Assembly (NCBI RefSeq): GCF_004010195.1 | Contig: NC_057728.1 | Location: 44,020,569-44,084,568 of the forward strand | Direction of reading: 5' to 3' | Origin: Chiloscyllium plagiosum | Taxonomy: Eukaryota | Length of the DNA stretch: 64,000 nucleotides | Shown here: in pieces, positions 50,661 through 64,000 of the stretch | How positions within the stretch are numbered: the stretch's first letter is position 1 | Layout: every line of letters starts with the position of its first letter | Translations under genes and position numbers: made by a program | Notes under the pieces: model-generated | Databases searched by the model: none | The model's input: the letters and a program-made list of their open reading frames with translations, nothing else | Told to the model about the DNA's origin: nothing

Positions 50661-53229
50661 ACAACTCTTTGACAACTGTAGCTTTGTGCATAGAGTAAGC
50701 CAAACACTGGGATGTTGAATAAGGAGGGACAAAGGTTTCACCATCCCATATGCACACATTGCTTTCTCTGTTTCCAGATGGTACAGTAGGCTCTCAGCTG
50801 AGAGTTCCATCCATGGAGGCTTGCCTGTGGCCATGACATGCTGCTGCTTGGTGTGAAGGTGTGTTTTACACCTATACACAGAGACTAACAAGAACCAGGA
50901 GTGCGGTCAAGGTTCTCCTCCTGTCACCGTGCACTTGGTCTTGAGGATCGATGCTGTGGTAATGGACTACAGTTGTGTGCAGCTTTCCAAAGAGCTGTGC
51001 ATGACTCTCAATGGCAGCTGCCAGCCTGTCCATGGAGGCTTCCAGATGGTCGCAAGATTCCCTACACTGATGTAGCTTCTGGCAAATGAAGGCCATTACA
51101 TCCCAGATACCTGGGATTGTTCCTCCCTGTGTTTATGGATGGTGTCCTTGATCGCTGATACCATAGAGTCCTCTCCTGTCTGTGCTGAGCAGGTGCCCGC
51201 ACTCTGGCAACCCCCAAGTGCCAGTGGCCTAGGGCCTTTCTTCCTCAGCCAGCGGCAGAACTGTCACGGCGAGATGCCACTAGAAAATGGACCCATGCTC
51301 CTATGTCTATGGTTTCCCAACAACAGTATAAGGCAGTTGTTTACCACTCTTTTAGTTGTTAAATGTTTTAATAATTTCCTTTGTTAAAAATGATTTGACA
51401 GTTCCTTCCACCACTCTACGTCAAATTGTGCCTTGGATTTGTTTTAAAATGAAGCCTTTTATTGCTTTTGTTTCAGATTTCCAGCAACCACAATATTTTG
51501 CTTTTGTACTCATAAAGTGTTCATCAATGAGTAGAAAAGCTCTAGTTCAGGTCTCAAGATGCTTCACTTTAAATCTAAATTAAAACATTACTGCTTATCA
51601 ACTTTGTATTCCAACATTCACTGTTGCATGAAGGGTTCACACCAGGCATACAGTCACTCTCCTATGCATTCACCTTCAGTTTACTTTGATGCCTAATCTG
51701 CTCAGATGATAATATGCTCCAATCAGAGGAGAAAAGATGTGCACCTCGATGTTTCCATGGAAGTGGCTCTGTGGTTCATTCCGGTTGGTGCCTGTACAGA
51801 GCAGCAGAAATAACAATTAGTCTGACTACAAGCAACATTAATTATCTTTAACTGAATACAGAAAATGATGAAGTCATTCTTTTCATAGATAGTGGTTCAG
51901 ATAACTAGCAACCTGAAAATTAAACCATTTAACCTTTAAATTGATTAGAAAGGGACTGTGTTGTGTCAGTTATTTACTTATTGAATGTATTTTTATTTAG
52001 GGAATGATTTCACTGATACAAAGACAGATCCCAGCTGTCAGTGTTATATATAAGTGAGTCAAAAGGCTCCTTTCCAAGGTTCCTGACTGATACCATGAAC
52101 TTGAAACCTTGGGCTTTTAGCTCTTCTATTAGCATCAATAATTTGGCAACTGATTTTAAGTGACTTTGCTTTCAGCAGACAGCCCACCCCATTGGGCCAT
52201 GTTTGATGTTAAGCCTGAAAGTCAAGTGATATTAATATGGGCACATAGGATTAAATTTTAAAAATTCATTTTATTTTTACAATGTTTAATCCAGCTGAAA
52301 ATGTTTTAATGTGAACTAAAAGGTGAAATCTTTTGGGTTCACCTGTAGTTTTCTAAAAAGGTAGGCAGTTGAATTTCTGGTAGGAGAAAATTCCATTTCT
52401 TGATGGCAAGTTAAAAAGTTTTCTCAAATTTTAGGAAACTTACAAACAGGTCAGCTTTAGCACTCATTAGTGTGCACCAAGTACTCACCAACACCCCAGC
52501 CAAACACAATCTTGTTTGCTAAAAATGGGAAATACGATACAGATGAGACATATACCTTCCTATATTCAAGACAAGGCCCATCAGAGAATGTGTGGTGCAA
52601 GTGGGAGAGGTCTCAGAATCTGCTTGCATGTGTTACTGTATTGTATAGAACAATTTAATTCTCCAACAGTGTTTTGCACTGAGGGAAAGCGCTCATTGCA
52701 GAATTATGGTAAATAAGCTCTTTCAGTTTCCAACCATGTCCTGTGCAGGAGCATTCCCAGGATCATGTTTATAAAAGTTAAGGAAATGGAGATGAATCTA
52801 TTTTGCGGGTCATATATTCCAAGATTGTCAGGTTACATCCCATGAAAACCACCAAGAGACAGATTGTGTTAATTGTCATATTGGTGGAAAGTGATACAAA
52901 GATCAAGGCTACAAAAAGGCTATAGTTCAACAAGCTTATTTGGAAGTACTAGCTTTCAGAGCACCGCTCCTTATAGGTACCTATAATCTGGTGTTGTGTA
53001 TCTATAATCTGGTGTTGTGTGATTTTTAACTTTGTCCGCTCCAAACCCACACTGGCACTTCCACATCATAGCTTCACTAAGGTTAAGACAAAGTAGGTAG
53101 TGGTGAAAAAGCGATGAATGATGACAGTACAGCCAGAGACACAAAGCTCAGGATTTGCAGCTGTAGCTGGGCAAACAGTGCATGAGGTAGAGAACCAGAG
53201 TATTTCATGTGTTTAAACAGATTACTGGA

Positions 53230-53790
53230 AGAGGAGGTACCAAAGGCATTCTATTTGCCTGCAAATGAGTTGATGTCAATGGCAGAGGCACCTTTGCATG
53301 ACAAAAGAAGCCATCATCCAAAGCAGTCAGCTACATCTGCTCCTGTTGCAGGCAGATCTACAGGCTTGGGAAACAGTGCTGTGTCTGTGGCACTGAAGAT
53401 CACAACTGCATTGAACACCCTCAAAACTGACTCCTTTCAATCCTCAACTAGAGGCATATGTGGTACCTCCCAACTGGCAGCTGTCAGGTGAGCTTGGGAG
53501 TTCACTGATGTCTTCTACAGGAAAGCAATACAATTTGTCCAATTCACTAGAACCAAGGGACCAGAGTTGTTGGATTTGCTGGGTTCCCTCAGATACAAGG
53601 GGCCTTTGACCATCACATGTGATATTCAGAGCTTCAAGGCATCATCCAGCCAAGTTCCTGATTAGGAAAGGAATGCAGTCCCACTTGTGACCACAGATAA
53701 CAATTTCTGCAGGTGTTCATTTGCTATCCAGGGAGCTGCACTGCTGCATACATTCTACACAACAGCCAGCTTCCTCGAATATCTTCTCTC
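53230..53790 (+). mobile_element. Harbinger/PIF DDE transposase remnant (HARBI1-like)
   Basis: AVSVALKITTALN....SFQ...ICGTSQ; GFAGFPQIQGAFD; YPGSC.AAYILHNSQLP. Confidence 0.75.
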
Positions 53791-54199
53791 CCCCCAACGA
53801 CATCTCAAGCTAGCCAATGCGTACAACTCGTATCCCTGAAAGCATGCCAGTGCACCTGCCAGTCAGCTTCCAGAAGCTATGTCCCTCCCAGAGGACAGCA
53901 GTGAATGAGAGCCTCGTGCATTGCTCTACATGATGTGCATGTGAGCATCTAGTGTAATCAGCACCTCTCAAGGTAGTGTACAAAAATAACATAAATAGGT
54001 AGAAGCTTTAACAGATTGGTCCACTGGGGTATCTGCATAGTTGCAAGTGCAACCTCCTTTACTTTAACTTGGTGGAGGCAATATTATTGGCAGAGAGGAA
54101 GTGGTAAGATAGGGCAGAGATGATGATTCCTGGTTCACTCCATCCTGTCAATGCACAATGCTACTCCTATCACTCCTTGTGGGGATGGGACACCGAGTG

Positions 54200-55300
54200 G
54201 GAGATCAAGTTTGCTCAACCTACTCTCACCCAGCTAATGAATGGATGCATCCATGGTTTAAATGATGGAGTGAAAATCCTTGCTCATATCCAACAGATAT
54301 TGATCAGCCTGCTGGATCTGGCTGTTTATAATGGTTGCCATTCAGTCCGTGGAAGTGATCATTTGCTTGCATGCCAGAGTGATGACTTCAGACCAAATTT
54401 GGACAAAAGACTCTTCCTTTCACTCCAGTTGGTGCATGATCTCTGTCATCTCTCCCAGATGTTCTCCTGCACACCTCTGCACCTTCATCAGCTCATAAGT
54501 GCCAAGTTCAGGGGCTTATCATCACCTGTTCTCCAGCAGTCCTCCAAGAGTCAGATATCTCTGCTGTTTGTTCCTCATGTAGCTTTGGACTTGTGTCAGT
54601 TCCATGCTCACCAGAATATGACTCTGAGCCTACTGTAGATTGATTGTCCACTATGGTGATTGTCTCTGTGCTCTGAAAGGTGAGAGAGAAAGCCCTGCTG
54701 GTGTATCCTCTGAGCCTCACATCTCATTCAGAGACATGGTGCATAGTGCTTAAAGTGATTGGCCTGGGAATTAGGACTCTTCTTGGTCCTGGCTTAGATC
54801 AAAGACTGCATAGAAAACATAAAGATTTGTTAAATTCATGAATCCCCACCATTAACCAAGGTTATATTAAAGTGCTGATGCTTAATGTGCAGCTAGATGT
54901 AGCTGTGTGGAGGCCTACTCAGAGATGGCTATAGGTGTCAAGTCTCCCTTCAGAACAGGCATGTTCCCTTGCTCTCCTATCAGTCAGCTACCTGCTCCTT
55001 GAAGGGGTTATGGAGCCTTATATGAGGTATCCCTACCCCTGTTACCCCTAACTAAAATAAAACAAAGAACTGCGGTAGCTGGAGATCTGATCAAAAACAA
55101 AAATTGTTGGTGAAACTCAGCAGGTTTGCTAATATATGTGGGAACAGAACCTAGTTAATATTTCGAGTCTGGGAACTTTCTCACTGGTTGTGCATGTTGT
55201 TCTCCTGCAAAGAGAGAAGCTTTAACAGACTCTAGCAGAGGTACATAATTACTTTGCCTGCATTGACAGAAGTAGACGTCAATCCTCAAAGCTATGGTCG
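54200..55300 (-). mobile_element. Probable convergent Harbinger second gene (Myb/SANT-like) remnant
   Basis: Low-complexity S/T/E-rich decayed frames converging on the transposase, as expected for two-gene Harbingers; no clean motif. Confidence 0.35.
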
Positions 55301-58300
55301 TCTGTGTATTTTACGAGTAAGAAAGGTATGATCTGGGAGTAGTTAGGAGTTAAATGGTTTGATTAATAGGAGGTTCATTATCATCAAAGAGCTCGTGCTG
55401 ATGAAAGCAAATAAAGCACTTTATCATTTGTTTGCCTGAGATACCTGTGGGGTGTTTATTCAATGTCATGTTTTCATGGTGGTGTCCTTGTGCCACACAA
55501 ACCTTTGGTGAAATGCCATTATACATGATCCATGTTCTTCTAGTTGTGAGCAAAGGTCAATGAGTTGGTATTGCGTGAGTTGTTGAGCGTGTAGCTTGTT
55601 TGTATTTTAAGCGTAAACCCAGACAGATGCTTAAGAATCAGTATCTCTGTGCTAATAGTGCTGCAGTGGTAGCTACAATGAAGTTATAGAGATTGATTGC
55701 ATAGAAGGTATCTGTTGAATTGCCTGGCATCCACTCTTGTGTGTGCTGCTTATGTACAATGGCATTTATATGAGCATGAAGCATTGAGTGGTACACCTTG
55801 TTACAATGCAACAAGATCACAGGTTTTTTTGTGTCACTGTCTTGAACCTCTCAGTATACTGACCTCCTCAGCTGCCTGTCTTATTGTTAGCAGGATAACG
55901 TCTTGTTGTGACCTCTATGGAAAATAACTTCCCTTCTTTCCTGGACAGCCTTTGGGAGAACCTCTAGAGAGATGTTGCTGAACAGTGACGTTGTTCTTTG
56001 TCAGGTCTCTGACATGGGTGGCATTGATGAGCAGAAGTTACGTGATGCTCCTGGTTCCAGACAGTGAAACTCAAACCCAGAAGAACTTCCTGCCTGCCTT
56101 TCCATAAAAGTTTGTGTTTTATCTGCACATGAACAGTTAAAAGGCTGGGAAGAACATAATTGCATGAGAAAACCCACCTTTGCTCTGAGCAGAAGTACTT
56201 CCCATCCTTCAGCCCACACCCAGACTTAGTCTCTAAAAGAAAAGACCCCATTAAAGATTCCAGATTTTATCTGATTCTCTTACACAGTGAACAATGTTGC
56301 AGACTATCTTCTCTTGAAAGATTTACTTCCAAACAAAAATTCTGAGTACAGTATACTACTTCTCATAGGTATCTATTGTTTTGAAAAACAATAGAAACTT
56401 TATTCAGCAAAAATAGAAAAAAAATCTTTTATAAGTTTAAAACCTAATTTTACTCATTTGTGTACCTGATGTTGAGCTTTGTAAAATTGAACCAAAAACC
56501 AGCTGATGGTATTGATCAGATTAACAATGCTATCACGTTTTCAGATGAATGGAATGAGTGGCTGTGTGGGACATGAGTTGAGTTCTTTATTTCTCCACAG
56601 CAGTCTGCTGTGGGTTCAGGAAATCACACTAGATGGAATCAGAGACAGAATCTCAATCTATATCCACTTATTTCATTTCATTTCTAGCTGGATGATGGTT
56701 AGCAGCATAATTAGCACCAGATCGAGAATCAATACAAAGAGAAAATCACTGACAGAAACTGATGCCTTTGGTTAGTGAAGCAGGAGTTGATCAGAGACTA
56801 CCAGCAGTGCTTTCTGTCACTTGTGATGACGATGGTCACTGATCATTCTATGGGCAGGTGCTAGCCATCACCATTTGTAATGAAATGGTAATAACATCCA
56901 CGGGACAATGATCAGAAGGTCTGCTGAATGATGTAAAGCTGCGGATTATGGATAGCCTACAGTATTTGGTGTCATTTCATTATTAATTTAATAGATTGAG
57001 GTCACTTAAATTGCCAGACCAATGAGTAATTTGCATCATTTCTGTTCTATATGCAATCTTTAAATGCTCAGTACCTCTCATTACATGTATCGCTACTCTG
57101 TAATGTCACTTGGAAAAAGTAAAATGTGAAAAGGTAATTTATGATTGAACTCTTGCAACTATAGAGCCACATAACAAAGCAGATTCCATGGGTTGGATTT
57201 TATGTGCCCCCCATTGATCTTCAAACCCGCCAGTGAAGCAATGTAAAATATAGTCCTAAATAATCATTGTAGCTCTGAACTGAGCAGCGGTTGTGTACTG
57301 TTTAAAGGCAGTCTCTGGTGGCAAAGCTTGTAGATAGGGAATCATTATTTTTTCACAGTAAGGCTGATTTCTTAACTAAATAAATGTAATTCCAAACAAA
57401 TCTGTCATAAAGTAAAAAAGCCTTTTTATAAGGCTGTCTTTCTGGTATAATGTTGAAAGCATGAGATGTATAGGGAATTTCTATCAGCTGGGAGATACTA
57501 TATGAACCAATGTATTTCCAAATCTGGAGAATCTGCAAGATGATCATGCATGTAGCTCCAGGCTTCAGTTACGGATTAGCATTGGCATGGGTCTGACAGC
57601 AGGTTGTACTTCTGCTTTGTTAATCAGTAAATCCAGCTGGAAAGGGGAAAACAAAATAACGAGTAGAAGTGCAATGAATTATAATACTGCAAATTTTGCA
57701 AAGCAGAAATTAAAATCAAAAATGCTGAAAATACTCAACAAACCAGGCAATTTCTGTGTAGACAAAAATAAAGTTGACCCCTCAGGTTATAACATGTATA
57801 GAGAGTTGTTCAGTTTTTTATAATCTTGAATATTTTCTATTGTATTTGTTTCTTATATACCAAAATGTATGTTAGCCTGGATTTTATGGTCATCCGAAAA
57901 TGACACTATTTGCTATGGACTTCAAAGAAAGCTACTCCCAAATATCTAGTAATCCTATGGCATAAGTTTCCACTTCCGTAAAAATAGTTTGAATTTGGTG
58001 AGAAGTCAAGGAAATCTTAAGACATCTAAGTACAGTGATATTATCAAGCAGAAGGAGCAGCCAATCATATTGAAATATTCTCATAAAAATGCACTGCAAG
58101 TTCTTTTCTTTTCCATTTCATTTTACACAAGACAAAATAAATGATTGTGGCACACATTGGAACTAAGGCAGATGTTATAATATCATAAAGAAACTTCAAT
58201 AAATTAAGTATAATAATTTTTAATTTTTTTATCAACATAGAGAAATTTAAAAATTCAAAAATATGAAATTAATTCTTTGAAGCCAGAAAGGTTGTTTTGT

Positions 58301-58409
58301 GATAATTATGAATGTAGTACACCATTAAAATCTAGTTGACCTTCTTTCAACAAGGTATAATTTTTTAAGAGATTTCAAAGCAAGACTAATAGTTTATATT
58401 ATAATAGGG

Positions 58410-58770
58410 CACACAGAAAGGTTCAAGGAAATCAGGCAGAGTCAACATTATTTCATGATAGTGAAATTATGTTTAACCAATTTATTGGAGTTCTTTGAGG
58501 TAGCAACATGTGCTGTGGAAAAAGAGGAACTTATGTGTATGCTTAGATTTCCAGAAGACAATTGATAAGGTGCCGCATCAGAGGTTAATGATGAAATAAA
58601 AATTCATCATGTAGGAGATAACCTATCGAGTTTGTAGAATATTGCCTGGCTAACAGGAAACAGAGAGTGGGAATATATGTGTCATTTTCAGGTTGGCAAG
58701 ATGAAACCTGTAGTGTGCCACAGGCCTCAGCCCTTTACAACTTCTATAAATTACTTAGATGAAGGGGCCA
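58410..58770 (+). mobile_element. Degenerate CR1 RT fragment
   Basis: SQH.F....CLTNLLEFFE...LDFQK..DKVPH.RL..K...W...RKQRV....SVPQ. Confidence 0.8.
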
Positions 58771-59529
58771 ACACACACACACACACCTGAATTGCTGTCA
58801 ATTCCAAAATGTGCTGGCAGTTTGGCCATCATTGTTACTGCAATATTCAAGTCAATATCACTGCAAGTGACAGATGGGCTTTATTTTCTACTGCACCAGA
58901 GGGATATTTTTATGATACTCTAGGCACCAGGAGTTTACATCTGAGAGATGCTTCATTAATTCCAATGAAGTATGGGTACTTTGTGCTTTGAACAATATTC
59001 TGAAGGACTTATTGGAGTTTGCATCAACATTATGGCATCCACTTTTCTCTATGGAAACTAGTATCCTTTTTTCTGTATCTTTACTTTCTTTAAAATCTAG
59101 TTCTGTGGTGCTATAAAGTATGACAAATGACAGCACACTATAAATTTCCCATGGTTTAAATCCTGGGCAGGCAATGATTTAGTTCAGCAGCTGGTGAGAG
59201 TTTGGATGGCATGGTGTAATAGTGGTTGGTGAGATGACAGTACATCTAATTCATTTCCGTACTTCATCTCATCTTAACATAGTTTCCATATTACAGTTGA
59301 ATTCTTCCGTTTCCGTTTATGACAGACACCCATTTGTTCACTATTTTCATTGTTAATTTGACTGTCTCCAGTTCTAGTTAAATTGTGTTATTTTTTCTTA
59401 ATTTCATTGATTTCCCTGCCCTGAAATTAGTGTTCCATTGACTGACTGACAATTGGAAACCTAAGCAAAATGTTCCTTAAGAGAATGGAAAAGGGTTGGG
59501 CAAGTCGGTCAGCTGTGAGTGAGATAATA

Positions 59530-61080
59530 AGAATGTTCTAGAGTCTTATAGTATAGAAACAGACACTAAGGCCCACCGTGTCTATGCCAAGCAATGAAGA
59601 GCAAACTGTACAAATATCATTTACCTGCACTTGGTCCATACTCCACTTAAAATGATTTGCACTCTTACCAGTGCAATCATGACCTTCTGATAATGTAGTC
59701 ATCAGAACTGAACACAGTATACCGTCCGCTGCTAGCCAATGTTTTATAAAGGTTCAATGAGACTTCCTTGCTCCTATATTTTATGCGCTGTCTAATGGAG
59801 GCAAGCATTCCATATGCCTTTTCCATCACCCTGAATATCTGTGCTGATATCTTCAGGAATCAATGGACTTTTATACCAAAGTCCCTCTGTTCCTCAGTAC
59901 TCCCAAATGGCCTACTATTAACTATATTTATTAGACTTCCCAAAATGCATCACCTTGCATTTATGGGAATTAAACTCCATCTGCCATTGCTCTGACCAAT
60001 TTACCAGCTGATCAATACTTAATAATTATACCTTTTACATTCACATCCAAATAATTAATATACACACCAAACAGCAAGAGTCCCAGCATTGATTCCTGTG
60101 TACACCACTGGTCACCACTGGTCCGATTTCAAAAGAACCCTCCACCATCATCCTTTGCCTCCTATTCACAAGACAATTTTCAATCCAGTTTGCCAACTTG
60201 CATTAGATTCCATGGGCTCTCACATTTTCGACCAGCCTTCCCTGTAGGACCTTGTCAAAAGCCTTACTTAAGTCCATGTAAATCATATCAACTGCACTAC
60301 TGTCATCAATATATTTAGTCACCTAGAAAGGGTTCAGAAAAGATTTATAAAGATGTTGCCAGGGTTGGAGGATTTGAGTTATAGGGAGAGGCTGAACAGG
60401 TTGGGACTGTTTTCCCTAGAGCATTGGAGGCTGAGGGGGGGACCTTATAGAGGTTTACAAAACTATGAGGGGAATGGATAGGATAAATAGACAAAGTCTT
60501 TTCCCTGGGGTGGGGGAGTCCAGAACTAGATGGCATAGGTTTAAGGTTCAGAGGGGAAAAATATTAAAGAGACCTGAGAGGCAACCTTTTCACGCAGAGG
60601 ATGGTACGTGTATGGAATGAGCTGCCAGAGGAAGTGGTGGAGTCTGGTACAATTGCAACATTTGAAAGGCATTTGGATGGGTATATGATTAGGAAGGGTT
60701 TGGAGGGATATGGGCCGGGTGCTGGCAGGTGGGACTAGATTGGGTTGGGATATCTGGTCGGCATGGACGGATTTATCTGAAAGGTCTGTTCCTGTGCTGT
60801 ACATCTCTACGACTCCATGACTCTAGGATCTCCTTCCAACAAATCCATGATGACTATCTCTGATCAATCCCTGCCTTTCCACATGTTGTTTGATCTTGTC
60901 CATTGGAATTTTTTTCCAATACGTTCCGTATCACTGATGTCAGACTAAATGGTCTGTAATTCCCTGCTGCCCTTCTTAAACAAAAGAACCACATTGGCTA
61001 ACTTTCAGTCATCTGCATCTTCACCTGTGGAAAGCGAAGTATAAAATATCCCTGCCAGCCTATAGCAGCTTGGGATACAT
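59530..61080 (-). mobile_element. Degenerate CR1 LINE (minus strand) carrying a nested younger CR1
   Basis: Reverse-complement RT and 3' remnants on both sides of 60325-60825. Confidence 0.65.
60325..60825 (+). mobile_element. Younger CR1 3' end nested in the older CR1
   Basis: ERVQKRFIKMLPGLEDLSYRERLNRLGLFSLE..RL.GDLIEV; (TCTATGAC)-like tail. Confidence 0.9.
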
Positions 61081-61089
61081 CTCATAGAG

Positions 61090-61260
61090 ACAAAAAAAAA
61101 CTGCAGATGTTAGAATCCAAGGTAGACACAGAGGAGGGTGGTAGATCACAGCAAGTCAGGCATAATTAGGAGGTGGAGAAGTCAATGTTTTGGGTATAAC
61201 CCTTCTTTAGGGCAGTCCAGTGTCCTGCCCGCTAAAACATCAAATACCTGCTCCTTGGGG
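61090..61260. mobile_element. Degenerate PLE terminal fragment
   Basis: Reverse complement: CTAAAGA-A-GGGT-tat-ACCC-AAAA-ca at ~61186-61212. Confidence 0.45.
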
Positions 61261-63547
61261 TTGATGTTGATAGAAAAGCTAAGAGAGATGTAGAACAAAA
61301 ATAGGCATTTAACATAACTACAAAGAGAAATGGAAAGGGAGAAAAGGGGGAAAAAAGTGGAACTGAAACAAACTATGGCCCAAATGTTTGTTCCCCAAAT
61401 GGGTGTGCAGAGTTGGCACATTACCTGACTCTCCAAACTCAACTTGTGAGCAACTTCCCCAGAAGCTTCCTCAGGACTTTTGGTTGGGGAATGAATGTTA
61501 ACTAGAATTGGGCCTGCTGTCCCTGGAAACAATGCAAAGCCATCACAGGGCTGCTTCCAATGCATCTTCTCCTGAGTGAGGGACAAAGTTTCCTGCATCT
61601 CCCACAGGGTCTCCTACCATCTTGTCCCACTCGTCCAGTGTGTTCTCCATCAGCTGCTCGAAATTGGCATCCTCAGCACTGTTCTGGGAGCCTCACTGAC
61701 AATGGACCCATTGCAGTCCCTCAGTGACTCCACTCCTCCTCCACACATATACACATACACACCAAATAAGTTTCTGTTTTAAAAAAAGTTATCAAGAAGA
61801 AATATCTTGACAGCATAAACTAATCAATGTTAGTTGGTACTCATATGTACAATTCAAATACAATGGAAAATATAAAAAGAATGCCTCTGCTTGTAATACA
61901 AGAGAGATTTGACTGGGATCACTCCTGTTCAGGGTCTGATGTAAATCTGCACAGAAAGTTTACCTCTTGCAATCCATTGTTTAAATAACTGAGACGTTAT
62001 GTGAATCCTGAAACTAATTATAAGTACAAAACTTGTGTTTTGTAGAAACATTACATTCAAAATTTCCTTTGTGTCCACATATTAGTGATTCAGCACATAT
62101 TTCAATTTAAAACTTACTCTCTAGGGTAGCTTGCTGAGGCAAACATGAAGTGGAACATACAGGATCAGTTCAAAGCTTTTTTGCAGCTTTTCTAGGGGTG
62201 ACTTGAATTAACAACATTATTTTGTGCAGGCCCTTGACCTCAACTTCAGCAAGCTGACCTCTGTTGTTTTGGACTTATCTGATGCTAATTAGATATCCAG
62301 TGTTTTCATTTCTCCACATTAGTGGGTTCTGAAAAGTGGTGGCTGGTCAAACCACATTGATAGTCTTTTATTAAAAAAAAGGAAGCTTATACAACAATGC
62401 TGAAAAAGTAAGAAAACCACAATATGGTTACGTTCGATGGCTCAACCATGAGTTATTTCAATAATGTTACATTTGCTTCAGTGTCTAAAGATTTCATTCA
62501 TTGATGATACATGAATTGAGTTAAACTCAGTTATGTTAATGATACCACCTACCCTGTTAGCCATAATCTATTTAACCTTTATCCCTCATTCCTTGACCTA
62601 ATAATTCATTTGCCTCTTCAGTTGAAAATGACTTGGCAAGCTTTGTATATTTTCAACCTTGATTTCTTTGCTACAGCTGATGTCAGCTGTATAAAAGATT
62701 TCAAATATAGCTTCCAACAGAAATCAAGAAATTGGAGTTATCATGGTTGCTGGATTATTTAAGTCTAAGAGTTGGAGTGTAATAATATGGAGTCTTCCCA
62801 GGTCAATGTGGGGCTATGGCAAGAAATTATGGGAGAATCATGTAAGGTGAACGGCACAGCCACCTCATGGATGTCTTTGTGTTATGTCACCAAGTGCTCT
62901 CTCAACAAATTTGCCTGCAGCTCCTGCATTCTGCTTGTGTATTTTTTTGGAATCTCTAATTGTTGGCACCATGGGGTCCTGTCCTGCTTGGGGTTGAGTA
63001 GGTGCCTGGTCGACAGCATTCCGATGAGCATTTCTTTCTCCACCAGATGTGGAAATATGGCAGTGACCAGAAGATGCCAAGATACAAATTTTTTTGTATC
63101 TTTATAGATACTAATCTAGCTAAGATATGGAGAGATAATCGAGCAGGGCAGTTCCGCAATGTCAGTGCGTAACCGGGTGTGCAACAGCATTTTATATGTT
63201 GGGCTCTCTGGCAGTGGTTGATACTTTTGGCATGCCAAAATGGAGGAGAGAAATGCCATAGTGGTGGAGTAAGTAGATAATGAGTCGAGCTTGGAATGAT
63301 TGCGCAGGAAGGCAAAGGAGGTGGTGTAACTTAGTTAGTAAAGGATGCAATTAGTGCTGATGTAAGAAATGATATCAGTACTGGAGTGCAAGACATAGAA
63401 TTAGTCTGGGTAGAGATAAGAAATAAAAAGTCCTTTACAGAAATAATAAAGGTTAAAGATGAGAAGAAGTTAAAATAGAGATGAGAAGTTACTTCTCACA
63501 AAGGGTCGTGGATCTGTGGAATTCTCTACTTCAGAGTCTGTGAGGTA

Positions 63548-64000
63548 GAGTCAGAGAGTCATAGAGATGTACAACATGGAAACAGACCCTTCAGTCCAAC
63601 TTATTTATGCCGACCAGATATCCCAACCCATCTAGTCTCACCTGCCAGCACCCGGCCCATATCCCTCCAAACTCTTCCTAGTCATTTTCTGAAAAGTCTT
63701 TTCTGAACCCTTTCAAGTTTCATAACATCTTTCCGATAGGAAGGAGAACAGAATTGCATGCAATATTCCAACAGTGGCCTAACCAATGTTCTGTACAGCC
63801 GCAACATGACCTCCCAACTCCTGTACTCAATACTCTGACCAATAAAGAAAAACATACCAAACGCCTTCTTCGCTATCCTATCTACATGCGACTCTACTTT
63901 CAAGGAGCTATGAACTTGCACTCCAAGGACTCTATGTTCAGCAACGCTCCCTAGTACCTTATCATTAAGTGTATAAGTCCTGCTAAGATTTGCTTTCCCA
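63548..64000 (-). mobile_element. CR1 LINE 3' portion with an internal deletion
   Basis: QVHSSLKVESHVDRIAKKAFGM..FIGQSIEYRSWEVMLRLYRTLVRPLLEYC.QF.SP.YRKDV.KLERVQKR joined directly to the 3'UTR. Confidence 0.9.

Larger units (their letters stand above)
24154..64000 (+). other. TMTC2: TMTC2 intron 1 (runs beyond the window)
   Basis: GT donor at 24154; no exon reading RAIKTNQDL...DFWG found downstream; region filled with repeats. Confidence 0.75.

Noticed and set aside
52001..52053. 53-nt AG...GTGAGT candidate exon in intron 1
   Set aside because: Spliced after exon 1 it gives an immediate TGA and does not resemble TMTC2 exon 2; pseudo-exons are expected in a 40-kb intron.
52981..53020. Tandem duplication of ctataatctggtgttgtgt (21-bp period)
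   Set aside because: Junction feature inside a PLE fragment; not a CRISPR array or satellite.
54120..54638. 172-aa plus-strand ORF
   Set aside because: Probably the antisense shadow of a decayed transposon gene; no domain recognised.
1..64000. Prokaryotic-type systems (CRISPR arrays, operons, rRNA)
   Set aside because: The sequence is vertebrate intronic and intergenic DNA; no regularly spaced repeat-spacer array or rRNA seen.

Overview
Vertebrate genomic DNA, AT-rich and repeat-dense. The HE1-type tRNA-derived SINEs point to an elasmobranch (shark or ray). The only gene I can identify is TMTC2 on the + strand: a CpG-rich promoter and 5'UTR (~23.2-24.07 kb) and an 83-nt first coding exon (24071-24153, MISECVCSAVAIALYLNTLRADFCYDD). 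A very long intron 1 follows to the end of the window; I did not find exon 2. The rest is transposon-derived: HE1 SINEs, Deu-domain SINEs, CR1, Rex1/Babar, RTE and Tx1 LINE fragments, Gypsy pol remnants, Harbinger remnants, and many Penelope-like element (PLE) pieces. The most notable signal is a dispersed set of minimal type-I hammerhead-ribozyme motifs with co-varying stem II. They sit in an ORF-bearing Penelope fragment and in short, often fold-back, non-coding elements, two of which have clear target-site duplications. One copy with an intact core lies sense to the TMTC2 pre-mRNA. Other oddities are two spliceable minus-strand exons interrupted only by in-frame TGA codons, a 66-bp perfect direct repeat around a truncated SINE, and a 90-bp inverted repeat with a perfect inner half. 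Most long ORFs in the supplied track are repeat-derived or chance. Repeat boundaries are approximate and family names come from motif recognition, not database searches.
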